Below, one piece after another: positions 50,045 through 62,216 of a DNA stretch of 64,000 nt. The translations under genes and the position numbers were made by a program. This DNA is from Eledone cirrhosa (Eukaryota), in the NCBI GenBank assembly GCA_964016885.1, contig OZ024743.1, positions 318,246,001-318,310,000 of the forward strand, written 5' to 3'. The notes beneath the pieces are model-generated. The model was not told the origin of the DNA. It ran no database searches and saw only the letters and a list, made by a program, of their open reading frames with translations. Numbering within the stretch: position 1 is the stretch's first letter; every line of letters begins with the position of its first letter.

Positions 50045-50994
50045 GCAGGTGTAAAATTATTTTTGCTCAGTGGATAGGAATCCTTTAGGCCTTTTGTTAC
50101 TATATTTTTAATGAAATAACACTGCCTAGGATTTTCAAATAATTTTGAAAATAATCAATAATTTTGTGGATTTAGTAATATAACTAACGTTCTCATTATT
50201 AAGTTAGTGTTTGGAATATAAGTTAAAGGTTTATACATAATGTTATGGTGGAAAATTCTTTTTATTTATATATATATAAACACTTAGGGTTAGAGTCGGG
50301 GTTAGGGTTACACTGCCTGTGATTTTTAAATAATTTCGAAAATAATCAAGAATTTGGAGAGATTTAATAACATAAATAACTTTCGGCAGTATCGGTAGAG
50401 GGTCGGACACCAAGCTTTCCAGCATAGCTACGTCTCTTTACTGTCTGAGTTCAAATCCCATTGAGGTTAACTTTGCCTTTCATCCTTACGGGGTCGATAA
50501 AATAAAGTACCAGTAATGCACTGGGTAATTGCTGACCTTGTGCCAAAAGTAGAAACAATTATTTATCTCGTTGTAAAGGGAGAAATAGCATAGCTCACCT
50601 ATCTTGCAGAATGTCTCACTGTCTGATCTTGTCCAGAAATTATTGCTGGACAATTTGTTTTCGGACATCAAGTTGTAAGCGAACAAATTTTTGTTAGTTT
50701 TCCTCCCCCTCCTCTTTGAATTAAAATCTTCCAACACAATTTTATATAAGAACCATTTGTTACAAATACTATCTTGATAATAAAATAATTAATAATTTTA
50801 GTAAATTCCCCCAAATTCTTCATTAATTAATTGAAATACAAATATCAAAGAAAAGGGTTAATTTAAATGCGAGCTTTTTAAAAATGTGAGATGTACCAGA
50901 GACAGTTTCAGGTAGGCAGGTATCATAAAGGATTAATGCTTTCATTGAAAATTTTTTTCAAATATTTGCAAATTTTAATTAAAATCCTCTGCAG

Positions 50995-51087
50995 GGTGTC
51001 AACAAGAAGCCTACAAACCAAACTGACAATGAAAAGAAAGACAATAAACACCAGCTCCAATTTGAGAGACCCCAATCACATTCTTTT
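50995..51087 (+). CDS. CCDC60: CCDC60 coding exon 2
   Basis: ctgcag|...|gtaagt, 93 nt, phase 0/0: GVNKKPTNQTDNEKKDNKHQLQFERPQSHSF. Confidence 0.8.
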
Positions 51088-51099
51088 GTAAGTAGATAG

Positions 51100-51411
51100 A
51101 TTTATAACATGACTTCTGAGTATATACATTTATAACATGACTTCTGAGTATATACATTTATAACAGGACCTCTGAGTAACTACATTTATAACATGACCTC
51201 TAAGTAATTACATTTATAACATGACCTCTGAGTATATACATTTATAACATGACCTCTGAGTAATTACATTTATAACATGACCTCTGAGTAATTACATTTA
51301 TAACATGACCTCTGAGTATATACATTTATAACAGGACCTCTGAGTATATACATTTATAACATGACCTCTGAGTATATACATTTATAACATGACCTCTGAG
51401 TATATACATTT
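51100..51411. repeat. 28-bp minisatellite, ~11 copies
   Basis: ATTTATAACATGACCTCTGAGTATATAC at a 28-nt period. Confidence 0.97.
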
Positions 51412-51950
51412 AGAGAAGGAAAGAGGACAAAAGAAGAAATCAGCCCCAGTACTGGTTTGGTACTTTATTTATTGACCTTGAAAGAATGAAAAGCAAAGTT
51501 GACCTCTAGGATTTAGACATGAAGTACAGAGTACCACAACTAATACCATGAAACATTCTATCTAACGTTCTAATGACTCTGCTAGTTCACCACCTTTTAT
51601 TTTCTTTTTTTTTCAAACGATCGATAAGATCCCATCAGATCTCATCTCGCTTACTGAGTGAGGTGGAACTTGTCAGATTGAACCAAGGAAATAATGTTTC
51701 CATTTGTCATTTCCATTGCTAATACTATCAACCGGCTGCAACTCCTGCAGAAGTAGCAATGAAAAACAAAATGTCTTGCTGAAGCACATAACACATTGCC
51801 TGGTCCAGGAATCAAACTCACAATCTCATGATTTTTAATCCAATCGTGAGGTTGTAAGTTTGACTCCACCTTAACATTTCATATAGAGTTTTGTATCTAG
51901 TAAAAAAAATAACATTATTTTATATTATAACTATTTTTTTTTATTTGCAG

Positions 51951-52024
51951 GCTGTTACTAAAATGATTAGTTTACGAAGTAAGAAGCAGCTTAACACATT
52001 GAGCAAAGCAATATCTAATGGCAG
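51951..52024 (+). CDS. CCDC60: CCDC60 coding exon 3
   Basis: ttgcag|...AG|gtaatt: AVTKMISLRSKKQLNTLSKAISNG(R). Confidence 0.88.
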
Positions 52025-52496
52025 GTAATTTTATATTTTCTTCAATATTTTTACACTTGTTTTGGATATTTTCTTTACACAAACAAAAGTGTTTTGACAT
52101 TTATCAAATGTTATCTCACAAAATTCTTTATTTTCAAAATTTATTGAAACATAAACAGTGTGTGTGTGTGTGTGTGTGTTGGACCTCTGTCAGTTCCAAT
52201 GATGAGTGTTCCATTTGTTTGAAATTAACCTTCAAATGACCATGTATTCCACATACATGTGTATTCTTAATGTAATTCTTAGGAAGATTAAGTGTGACAC
52301 AGTATGTGATAATGCTGGCCCATGAAAATACAGGAACTACTCAGTTTTTATCCAGCTGAGTGAACTGGAGCGATATGAAATAAAGTGTCTTAAGGCGATG
52401 TGAATAGAGTTTTTTTTTTTCCGCAAAGAAATTTTTTTTCATTTCTGCCACTGTCCAGTCTCCTCTATCTTTCCATTTCTTCTTTAATTTTTCATT

Positions 52497-52542
52497 CTAT
52501 TTTCTGATGAAGGACTAGCATCTGAAATCTACATAAGAGTAG
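52497..52542 (+). ncRNA. Minimal type I hammerhead in a CCDC60 intron, sense strand
   Basis: CTATTTT-CTGATGA-AGG actagca TCT-GAAATCTACATA-AGAGTAG; short stems with G-U pairs. Confidence 0.62.
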
Positions 52543-52748
52543 TAACAATAACAACAATGAGGCCCCTATCATTAAAACACCTGAGAAACCTTCCATGGGA
52601 TGTAATCTTGTAGGAGTCCAGCTAAACCTACATAGATGTGAGCTGTAACAATAACAGCACTGGGACCCCTATCATTAAAATGCCCAAGAAACCTCCTATG
52701 AGATGCAACCTTGTAGGTGGCCACTTAAACCTACGTAGGTGTGAGCTG

Positions 52749-53181
52749 TCATCATCATCATCATTACCGTTTTATGTCCGTTTTTCCACGCTAGCATGGG
52801 TTAGACGGGTTGTCCTGTTGTGGGTAGTGTCAGGTCGGCTGACCTTATCTTGCTCACATGGGAACTGATTCTGGCTTGATTTCTACAGCTGAATGCTCTT
52901 CCTAACACCAACCTCATTTACAGTGAGTGCTGGGTGCTTTTTTCGTGGCGCCTACACGTCCACTTTACAGAGTGGGTTGGGTGCTTTTTTGCCGTGGCAC
53001 CTCCACGACCACTTTGCAGTGCCATGATAGGGACCCCAGTCCTATCATCTCATTTCTACAGCTGAGTAAACTGGAGCAATGTGAAATAAAGTGTCTTGCT
53101 CAAGGAAACAACACATCACCCGGTCCGAGAATTGAACTCACAACCTTTTGATTGCAAGCCCAATGCTCTAACCACTAAGCC
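52749..53181 (-). mobile_element. Same SINE family; tail nearly identical to the LINE 3' UTR at 14455-14718
   Basis: tRNA head at about 53120-53181, core, then ~270-nt LINE-type tail. Confidence 0.88.
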
Positions 53182-53235
53182 AATGTTAAACTCCAATCTT
53201 TAAAAGTCAATTTGCATATATACTTCTGTTTTCAG

Positions 53236-53305
53236 GGTTCTTGTGCGTAATGTAAGTCTTGGAAGAGATCTGTTTGTTATGATGAAAGAAACAGAACACA
53301 AAAAG
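53236..53305 (+). CDS. CCDC60: CCDC60 coding exon 4
   Basis: tttcag|...AAG|gtatgt: VLVRNVSLGRDLFVMMKETEHKK, resembling the recalled CCDC60 segment RFLIQSVKIGRGYFAILREE. Confidence 0.9.
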
Positions 53306-53984
53306 GTATGTATTCTTCTTATTCTTTTTATTATTATATCAACTAGCAGGACAGTGGATTGACAGAATTAGTAGAGCGTCGGACAACATGTTTTGTGGAA
53401 TATAGTTATGACCCTTTATGTTCTGAGTTCAAATCCCACCCAGGTTAACTTTGCCTTTCATCCTTATGGGGGGGGGGGGGGGGGGGGGTAAAATAAAGTA
53501 CCAGTAACGCACTGGGGTCGATTCAATCGACTTTCCCTCCCTTAAAATTGTTGGCCCTAGCTGTGCTTTAGGAATTCTTAGCTTTATATCTTTGCAATCA
53601 TTGATGTATATTTTTAACATAGAGGCTCTGAAATGTATAAAAATATATAAGTAAATAAATACGTAAACAGAATGTAAAATTAAAAAAAAAACAATAAGGA
53701 CTAATTATATATAAATAAAAAATCTATGAAAAAGCTATATTTTATTCTAGGTTTTTTTTAATGTATTTTCATTTTCATTTCTTATACAAATGCCAGGTTT
53801 TGGCCTAAAATTACAGTTACATCCCTTTAGGTAGTCTCTGACCTTTTGGGGGAACTCCTTTTTAGTACCATCTTCATCATCATTTTACATTTGCTTTCCA
53901 TACTGTCATGGATTGAACAGGTCATCATTTTACGTTCCAACTTGATGCCCCTCTTAACCATCCAATTTACAGGGTATACTTGCT

Positions 53985-54552
53985 ATATTTTATTGTGGCA
54001 CCAGCACAACCACTTTACAGAGTGTACTGGGAACATTGTATCATAGCAAAAAAACTGCCATTTTACAGAGTGCACTAGGTGCATTTCTTTGTGGCACCAG
54101 CACAACCACTTTACAGAGTGTAGTGGGAACATTTATCATGGTAACATTACCACTTTACATGGTGTACTAGGTTTATTTTATCATTTTACCAGCATAACCA
54201 CTTTACAGAATGCATTGGATGCATTTTATTATGGCACCAGTACTACCATTTGACAGAGTTTAGTGAGTTTATTCTATCATGGCACTAACAGTACTACTTT
54301 ACAGAGTTTATGGGGTACATTTTATCATGGCATCAATAAAACCACTTTACAGTGTGTACTGCGTGTATTCTATCATGGCACCAGCACTACCACTTAACAG
54401 AGTGTACTGGGTGTATTTTACCATGGCACCAACACTTCAACTTTACAGAGTGTATTGGGTGTATTTTATCATAACATCAGCACTACCATTTAACAGTGTA
54501 CTGGGTGTATTTTACCATGACACCAACGCTACAACTTTACAGAGTGTACATT
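53985..54552. repeat. Degenerate ~45-48-bp tandem repeat of an RTE UTR module (similar array at ~4600-4890)
   Basis: ATGGCACCAGCACTACCACTTTACAGAGTGTACTGGGTGTATTTTATC units. Confidence 0.9.
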
Positions 54553-54590
54553 TGTATTTTACAAAAATCTATTGTTCTGGTCATTGACAG

Positions 54591-54718
54591 AGAAAGGCAG
54601 TTGAAGATGAAGAAAGAAAGAGAAAAGAAAAAGCAAAACTACAGTGGAGAAATCCTATGTCTAATAGTAGTGATGAGAGTGGCATAGAATCTGATACTGA
54701 ATGTGATCCATCACAGAA
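54591..54718 (+). CDS. CCDC60: CCDC60 coding exon 5
   Basis: gacag|...|gtaaga: RKAVEDEERKRKEKAKLQWRNPMSNSSDESGIESDTECDPSQ; charged coiled coil; phases fit. Confidence 0.88.
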
Positions 54719-55839
54719 GTAAGAAACATTTTATATTCTGGTGTGTTCATGTGTGAAGATGCTATAAAATAAGGTGAAGATCCTTTAGAAACAGAAAAAG
54801 AGGTTACCATTGGCCTACTTCTTTTTCTATTTTTTTTTTATTCATCATAGAATCAATAAATAGGTAAACTTTTAAATCATAACTTGTTTATTTATATTTT
54901 CTTTTTTTATAAAATGGCGAATTAACAGAATCAAAAGGGTATCAGGTTTAAAATATTTTGATATTTATTCTGGTTCACTGTGATCTGAGTTCAAAATCTA
55001 CTGAAGGTGGCTTTGCCTTCCATTCTTTTGAGGTTAATGAATAATGGTGCTAGTCATGAAGTGATGGATTAGTGAAATTGATAAAGAGTCAAAGAGTCAG
55101 ACAAGATGCTTTGTGGTATCTGATTCAGCTCTGTGCATTCTGAGTTCAAATCCCACCTCTTTTTTTGAGAAGTGCAATTGGCAGATAATATCAGCATTGG
55201 AAACATTGTTTCCTTGGTCTGATCTAATGATCAGATTCTTTCCTTTCCTTTTTATTTTATATATAAAGAAGATAGAGATAGGGATGGCAATAGACCGTAT
55301 CTTTCATTAGGAATATGGTAACAAAATGGTTAAATTAAAGATAAACTCTTACTATATTTGTTATAGACCTTGCTTAATTTTACTATACTGCAATCCTTGG
55401 GTGGTGGATTGGCAGTATCGGTAGAGCGTCTGACAACATGCTTCGTGGCAAAGAGTTACACCCCTTTATGTTCTGATTTCAAATCCCGCTGAGGTTAGCT
55501 TTATCTTTCATCCGGGGTCGATAACATAATGTACTAGTAACACACTGGAGTTGATTTAGTCAACTTTCTCCTCCCCCAAAATTGTTGGCCTTGTGCTTAA
55601 ATCAGAAACCATTAGACTGTAATCCTGACAAATGGAGCAGTATACCTCGGTATACATCTCAACATGTATGAAATCTTTATTCCATAAGTTTGATATTTCT
55701 AATCTAATATTTTTTATGCCAGTTTCATTAATTCCAATTCTCTGTAATTTTTTCCTTATCTATTATAATCCATATATCAGTTGATAACGGTATATATTTG
55801 CTGCTGGTTTCACTGCTTATGGACTTTATCAAGTAAATA

Positions 55840-56204
55840 CAGGGTGTCCCCGAAAAAGTATACATAGTTTGAATGATGATAAAAACAATGTTTATATGTA
55901 TACATTCCAGCATTAGTCCACACTCTCAATATAGAGGATATGGACCCAAGAGTTGAATTTTGTGAGTGTTACCTGGCGAAATATGATTGAAAAGGATTGT
56001 GTCCAAATGAAATGATTTGTGAAGTAATCAATTTCAGCTATCTTTTAAAGGCAGTGCTTGGACCAGATGGTTATTTTGAACACCTGCGATAACTCAAAAA
56101 ATTCTAAGACTGTCTACTTTGTTGTGAATAATAACATTTTAATATTCTATATAAACATGTTTATCAACATTCGAAGTGTGTATACATTTTTTTGGAACAC
56201 CCTG
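55840..56204. mobile_element. Tc1/mariner-like MITE
   Basis: TA|CAGGGTGTCCC.GAAAAAGTATACA...TGTATACATTTTTTTGGAACACCCTG|TA. Confidence 0.85.
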
Positions 56205-56739
56205 TATATATGTGAGTCAATGTACTTAGTCATTGTTTTCATTATTTCATTGTTTTTATGTCTATCTTTTCCATGCTGGCATGGCTTAGACAAGTCCTCT
56301 CCAGTATTACATCTTTCCACTTGTCTCTTTCCTTTGACATCTCCTCTGATTATTTTTCTCAACCTTTGCCCAAATCTTTCTTGCATTTCCTCATACATTT
56401 GTAACTCCTGGCATTTCTTCATCCAATAATCATGTCTATATCAGTGAAACTTTCTCTCTTCTATGTTGCTTCTGATTTCTTTTATACCAAGTTTTTCTCT
56501 CATCTAACAGAATATGCTAGATTCATTTTTCTCAAGCCATCACACATTCTTTGAATTCACTGTCCATGACTCACTACCATGCAACATTGCACTTCTCATG
56601 CAAGCATCATATATGTGTGTGTGTGTGTGCACGCGCACGCATGTATGTATTTGTGTGTGCACACACATATATGTGTGTGTGTGTTTATGTATATATGTAT
56701 GCATGTATGTAGTATGTATGTATCGTGGAGCCACAGGGA

Positions 56740-57040
56740 CGTCATATTGACATACAGCATTTCTTGGGCATTTTTAAGCTTCGGGGAGTGCATCTTCTCT
56801 CTAAGTTTGAACACAGCAGATTTCTTTTAGAGAAGGGTAGAGAGTGAGAGAGGGGAAGTGAGAAAGAGATATAGAGGAAGAATCGACCCAGTACTACACT
56901 GGTACTTTTTTATTGACCTTGAAAGGATGAAAGGCAAAGTTGACCTCGGCGGGATTTGAACTCAGAGAGCAGAGAGCCGGAAGGAATATCACAAGGCATT
57001 CTATCCAACATTTTAATGACTTTGCCAATTATCCACCAAG
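56740..57040 (-). mobile_element. SINE subfamily with the same head and middle but a different tail (also ~2040-2315, ~60365-60655)
   Basis: Shared Nin-like domain followed on the minus strand by a pyrimidine-rich segment and GCTTAAAA.TG.CCAAGAAATGCTGTA. Confidence 0.75.
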
Positions 57041-57235
57041 TATCATATAATTGTTTCTACTTTTGGCACAAGGCCAGCAATTACCCAGTGTATTATTGGT
57101 ACTTTATTTTATCGACTCCGTAAGGATGAAAGGCAAAGTCAACCTCGGCGGGATTTGAACTCAGATCGTAAAGGGACATAACTATGCTAGAAAGCATGGC
57201 TATTAAATAGTTTTTATATTATTGAATTCTTTCAG

Positions 57236-57421
57236 TGACTTGCATGAGACACTACAGATGGAAGATGAAAGTTCCTCACCAAAGAACAGTTCCACTGAAC
57301 AAAACAGAGTGATGAAGCCTACCATTATAGAGTTCTCTTCACAGAAGAAAAAATCAATTCAAGCTAGACCATATACACCAAAACATAATAATATAGCCCA
57401 TTCTTTTAACAATATAAATGG
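57236..57421 (+). CDS. CCDC60: CCDC60 coding exon 6
   Basis: tttcag|...GG|gtttgt: DLHETLQMEDE...QARPYTPKHNNIAHSFNNING; RPYTPxH matches CCDC60 RPFTPIH. Confidence 0.88.
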
Positions 57422-58402
57422 GTTTGTATTTGTTATATAATTGTTTTATTTAAAATTTTTATTTTCAATTTGCTATAGGTTTTCTTTTTTTACATTTTTT
57501 AATGCATATACTATATTTTTTATTAACAACATGGAATGAAATATAGGACATCATTCATTATCATCATCATCAGCATCATTGCCATTTAATGTCTATTTTT
57601 CCACACTTGCATGGGTTAGACATATTATGTTATGAGGCAAGTCAAATCCAGTGACCCATGTCTTGCTCATACAGGTCTGTATTTTGGCTTGGTTTCCACG
57701 ACTGGATGCATTTCTTAATGTCAATCACATTACAGTGTGGACTGGGGGCTTTTTCTCATGACACCAACATGACCACCTTACAGGATGAACTGGGAGCTTT
57801 TGTTGATGTGGCACCGGATCAGTGTACAGAGTGGACTTAATGTGTTATTGTTGTGGCAGAGGCATTGTGGGAAATTAGATGTAGAGTATGTCCAGCTTTC
57901 ATGCTTATATGCATTGGTTGGGCAGACAGTTGTAGTGGTGGTGGTGATGGATAATGATTGTAGTGGTGATGGTGGTTGGGGTGGCAATGGTGGTTGTGAT
58001 GGTTGTGGTGATAAAGATTGGTAGTATACATAAACATTTCTACTTGATTAAAATTAGTTAATATTTTTGTGGATTTCTCAATAAATTAGTGTTTCATTTT
58101 ATGTATCTGATGTATATAAGAATATACCTTTAATTTTAGATAAGTTTAATATTATTTCCAATATAGTTTCATTTTAGGTTTGCTTTCCATTCTTGCATGG
58201 GTTGGATAGGTTGCTAGTGTCTGAGACTAGACAAATTGGAGGGAAAACATCTTTTTTGTATGCTTTATTTTTAGCATTATTATATCAATATAGTTTGTGA
58301 CACATCTTTGGCACACCATATCCCTGTGTATTGTATGAGGCAATTAGGAAGGGCATCAGGTTGTAAAACATTACTTCAAAAACGACCTCATGTTGAATCT
58401 GA

Positions 58403-59110
58403 AGCCTATCATAGGACCTGCAATGCTTGCTAACCCCTACTTTATCAGGGTATAATGGCCTTAAGACCAGTTGTATATATACATCTGTAACACTTTATCT
58501 GTTGCTATAACAGGGCATACAAGACTCACTCTTATTTTAGCATGGTAAAATGGTCTTAAGATACCAGTAGTATATATACATCTATGATATTATATCTGTA
58601 GCCTATCATAGGGCCTACAAGGCTAGCTAACTCCTACTTTAGCATGGTAAAATGGCCTTAAGACACCAGTAGTATATATACATCTATGATATTATATCTG
58701 TAGCCTATCATAGGGCCTACAAGGCTAGCTAACTCCTACTTTAGCATGGTAAAATGGCCTTAAGATACCAGTAGTATATATACATCTATGATATTATATC
58801 TGTAGCCTATCATAGGGCCTACAAGGCTAGCTAACTCCTACTTTAGCATGGTAAAATGGCCTTAAGATACCAGTAGTATATATACATCTATGATATTATA
58901 TCTGTAGCCTATCATAGGGCCTACAAGGCTAGCTAACTCCTACTTTAGCATGGTAAAATGGCCTTAAGACACCAGTCGTATATATACATCTATAGCACTA
59001 TATCTGTAGCCTACCATAGGGCTTACAAGGCTAGCTAGCTCCTACTTTAGCATGGTAAAATAGTATTAAGACACCAGCAGTAATATATACATCTATGACA
59101 TTATATCTGT
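58403..59110. repeat. 102-bp tandem repeat, ~7 copies
   Basis: GCCTA(T/C)CATAGGG recurs at 58601, 58703, 58805, 58907, 59009; outer copies diverged. Confidence 0.96.
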
Positions 59111-59140
59111 TTACATTGTTGTCTATATTATTTATTGCAG

Positions 59141-59245
59141 TGACTCTTTATTCCGACAGCTATGTGCACTTCATTGGTTACTTGAAGCTTCTAGCAATGA
59201 TTCAAGTCAGTCAATGAATCATATTCATTCTTCTTGGAATCTAGA
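59141..59245 (+). CDS. CCDC60: CCDC60 coding exon 7
   Basis: ttgcag|...|gtaagt: DSLFRQLCALHWLLEASSND...SSWNL; LFRQLCALHWLLEA is the CCDC60 signature. Confidence 0.95.
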
Positions 59246-59696
59246 GTAAGTAAATAGCCAGAATTATTTCCACTTATAAAAAAAAAGATAACAAAATGGC
59301 AGAGTTTGTTAGACTGTTGGGTTATGGGGGTGGAATGAAAAGTTCATAGGCTGACCAAGATACTCTCATGGAATAACCAAATGAGGTTTATTTTTCAACA
59401 TAGTCCTTGGAAAGAAACAATGGTGTTATTAATAGGAAGAGTTGAAATTAATGCTTGCAAGATTTCACAGCTCTAGCATCACTCCGCCATAGTCAGCCTA
59501 TGAACTCTTCAACCAACCCTCGCATTTGAGTAGTTAACAGTTATTTCAATAATATGTACATAAGTGCAGGCATGAGTGTGTGGTTAAAGAGTTTTCTTTG
59601 CAAACACATGGGTTTTTGGGTTCAGTTATGCTGTGCCTCGGTATTTGCTCTGGCCCTCTGTGCCATTGGTTCAAATTGTGTTGGTCTCAACTTTTA

Positions 59697-59972
59697 GCCA
59701 GATGCTAGGGGAGGCAGGATTTGAATTCTGAACACACAAAGCTGGAAGAGATACTACAAATCACCTCGAACAACTGTTTAACAATCCCACAAATCCATCA
59801 ATTGTGGATTGGTACTTTTTTTTTTCAACCCCAAAAGGCTTGAAAAAGAAAATGTACCAATCCATAATTGATGGATTTGTGGGATTGTTAAACAGTTGTT
59901 CGAGGTGATTTGTAGTATCTCTTCCAGCTTTGTGTGTTCAGAATTCAAATCCTGCCTCCCCTAGCATCTGGC
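59697..59972. repeat. Near-perfect inverted repeat, ~119-bp arms
   Basis: 59697-59815 versus 59854-59972, one mismatch seen. Confidence 0.95.
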
Positions 59973-60153
59973 AGGAGTTATGACCCACTGATAGTATACC
60001 ACCCACTTCCCTAGAATCTGGCCTAAAAGTATGATTGTGAATATTCTCAAATATATTCATGGTGTTTTATACTTAAAAAAAAACAACAACAAAAACAATG
60101 AAATAAATTAATAGAAGGATTGATTCATTTTATGATTTTTTTTTATATTTCAG

Positions 60154-60238
60154 AGATATTGGTGGATCAAAGCTATTCTTAAAGAGATTCCAGAAACAGA
60201 AAGTAGATTACTTCAATACCTCTGGAATTATTGGAAGT
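60154..60238 (+). CDS. CCDC60: CCDC60 coding exon 8
   Basis: tttcag|...AGT|gttagt: DIGGSKLFLKRFQKQKVDYFNTSGIIGS (CCDC60 DPGGSK). Confidence 0.88.
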
Positions 60239-62011
60239 GTTAGTTCAAATCTTGTTTCTTGGATATTAGATTTAAAAAAAAAACTGATTGATGCTTATTA
60301 ACACTGTATCCCTGTATGTCATTGTGATGTGATGTGATAGTTCTGTAACTCCTGAGGGATTTCTAGGGGCACTGTAGTGGCATACAGCATTTCTTGGACA
60401 TTTTAAGCCTGGAGGTGCCCATCTCTCCAGGTCTGAACATAGCAAACTTCTTCCAGAGAAGGATAGAAAGTAAGGGAGAGAAAGTGAGAAATAGATATAA
60501 AGGAGGAATCGACCCCAGTACTTGACTGGTACTACTTTTTATTGACCTCGATAGGCAAAGTTGATTTAGGTGGGATTTGAACTCAGAGAGCAAAGAACTG
60601 GAACAAATATCATAAAGCTTTCTATCTGACAATCTAATGACTCTGCCAATTTCATTGCCTATGTCATTAGAGGCATCTAAAAGGGGTTGATAGGAAGAAG
60701 AGTATCCAACTGTAATTTATCATCATCATCGTTATAACCTCAAAAAGGACCCCATGATAATTATGAAGCCTATTATGGGGCCTGCTGGAAGGTTGGGTCA
60801 TGAGGAAGTATGAAATTGACTGGGTAAGAGGTGTGATGGAAATGAATGTGGAAGGAAGGCGAAGACCAAAAAAGACATTATTAATGGAGGAGGAAATGAA
60901 AGCCAGAAAATAGGTGACGGATGGGATGTACACAATAGGGCAAATGGAGAAGGTTTATATGGGGCCATAAACTGCTTATTGTTGCTTATTGAATTTCAAA
61001 TAGTAGCCAACTCCCCTATTTTATGTCTGAGAAATGGGCAAAAATGCCAACCCCATTTATAAGCAGATGGAATTAATCAAGACATTGTTTAGCTGGCATA
61101 TATGAGCCCCCCACCCCACCCCATCCTTTTATCATCAATTTTTTGGTCACATACTCTTTGGTTTATATTTGAGTATATATGGGAATGCTGTTTATATAAG
61201 ACAAGCAAAACTATTTAGATTTTTTTTTAAATATTTGCTTGGTAAAATTTCAAAAATCAAGAGATTCATTATTTATATTACATGTTTATTGAAAAATTTG
61301 TAATATATTTTATTTTAATTCTTTTGATACATTGTTTCTAATGAAAGACTCTACCTATAATTTTCAAATGATCTGAAAATAACCAAGTATTTTGAGGGAT
61401 TTAGTAATACAACTAACTTTCTTCTTTGAGCTATGCACTAATAGAGTAACATTACTCAATAGGGTGTGTAGCTCAGAGATCAGAGGGTTACTTCAGGTAG
61501 AGCCATTGCTTCTCTGAATTGAGAGATCACAGCTCCGATACTATGGACATGTGGTTAGAATGCCTGGAGAGGGAATTGCTGGACATATTTTATGAGCCAA
61601 GCCAATTGGCAGGAGATTCAGAAGTAAACCATCAGTAAGATGGTTGGATAACAACCATATGATTGGTTGGTCTTGCTTGGTGATCTAGCTGGATCAACTG
61701 GAAATGTTTGTTTCTGATGGGAGCTCCCTGGATGGTGTGTTTAAGGGCTCTTCCCCCATCACCTTCCTGAGATTATGTGGGTGAAGAAGAAGAATTAACT
61801 TTCTTATTATATTGGTATTTGGAGCATAACTCATCAAAGGTCCTTACATAAAATTATGTTAGAATATTTTTTAGATAAATATAAGCACTTTAAGATATAC
61901 AGTTTTGTATTGTAGAATCAGAGATGGTTTCAGATGGTTTGGTATCAAAAGGGTTGGAAATTTAAATTTAAAGTTGGAGAATATTACATTTCTTGTATAT
62001 CATCTTTATAG

Positions 62012-62216
62012 GCCTGTTATAAATTGGCATCTGGTCGAAAGCAATATGGCAGCATGACTCGTCGCTCAAGTAGTCAACGTAGTTCATATACAACAGGTTT
62101 AAGTGTAAGTACAACACCAATTCACCTGCCCCAAGATAGTCCATCACTTCAAACAGAATCTGTTTTTACCGATGATTGTCTTGAAATGTCTAATGAAGAT
62201 AACAACTCAATATCAT
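62012..62216 (+). CDS. CCDC60: CCDC60 coding exon 9; gene continues beyond the right edge
   Basis: ttatag|...T|gtaagt: ACYKLASGRKQYGSMTRRSSSQRSSY...EDNNSIS; Ser-rich; phase fits. Confidence 0.87.
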
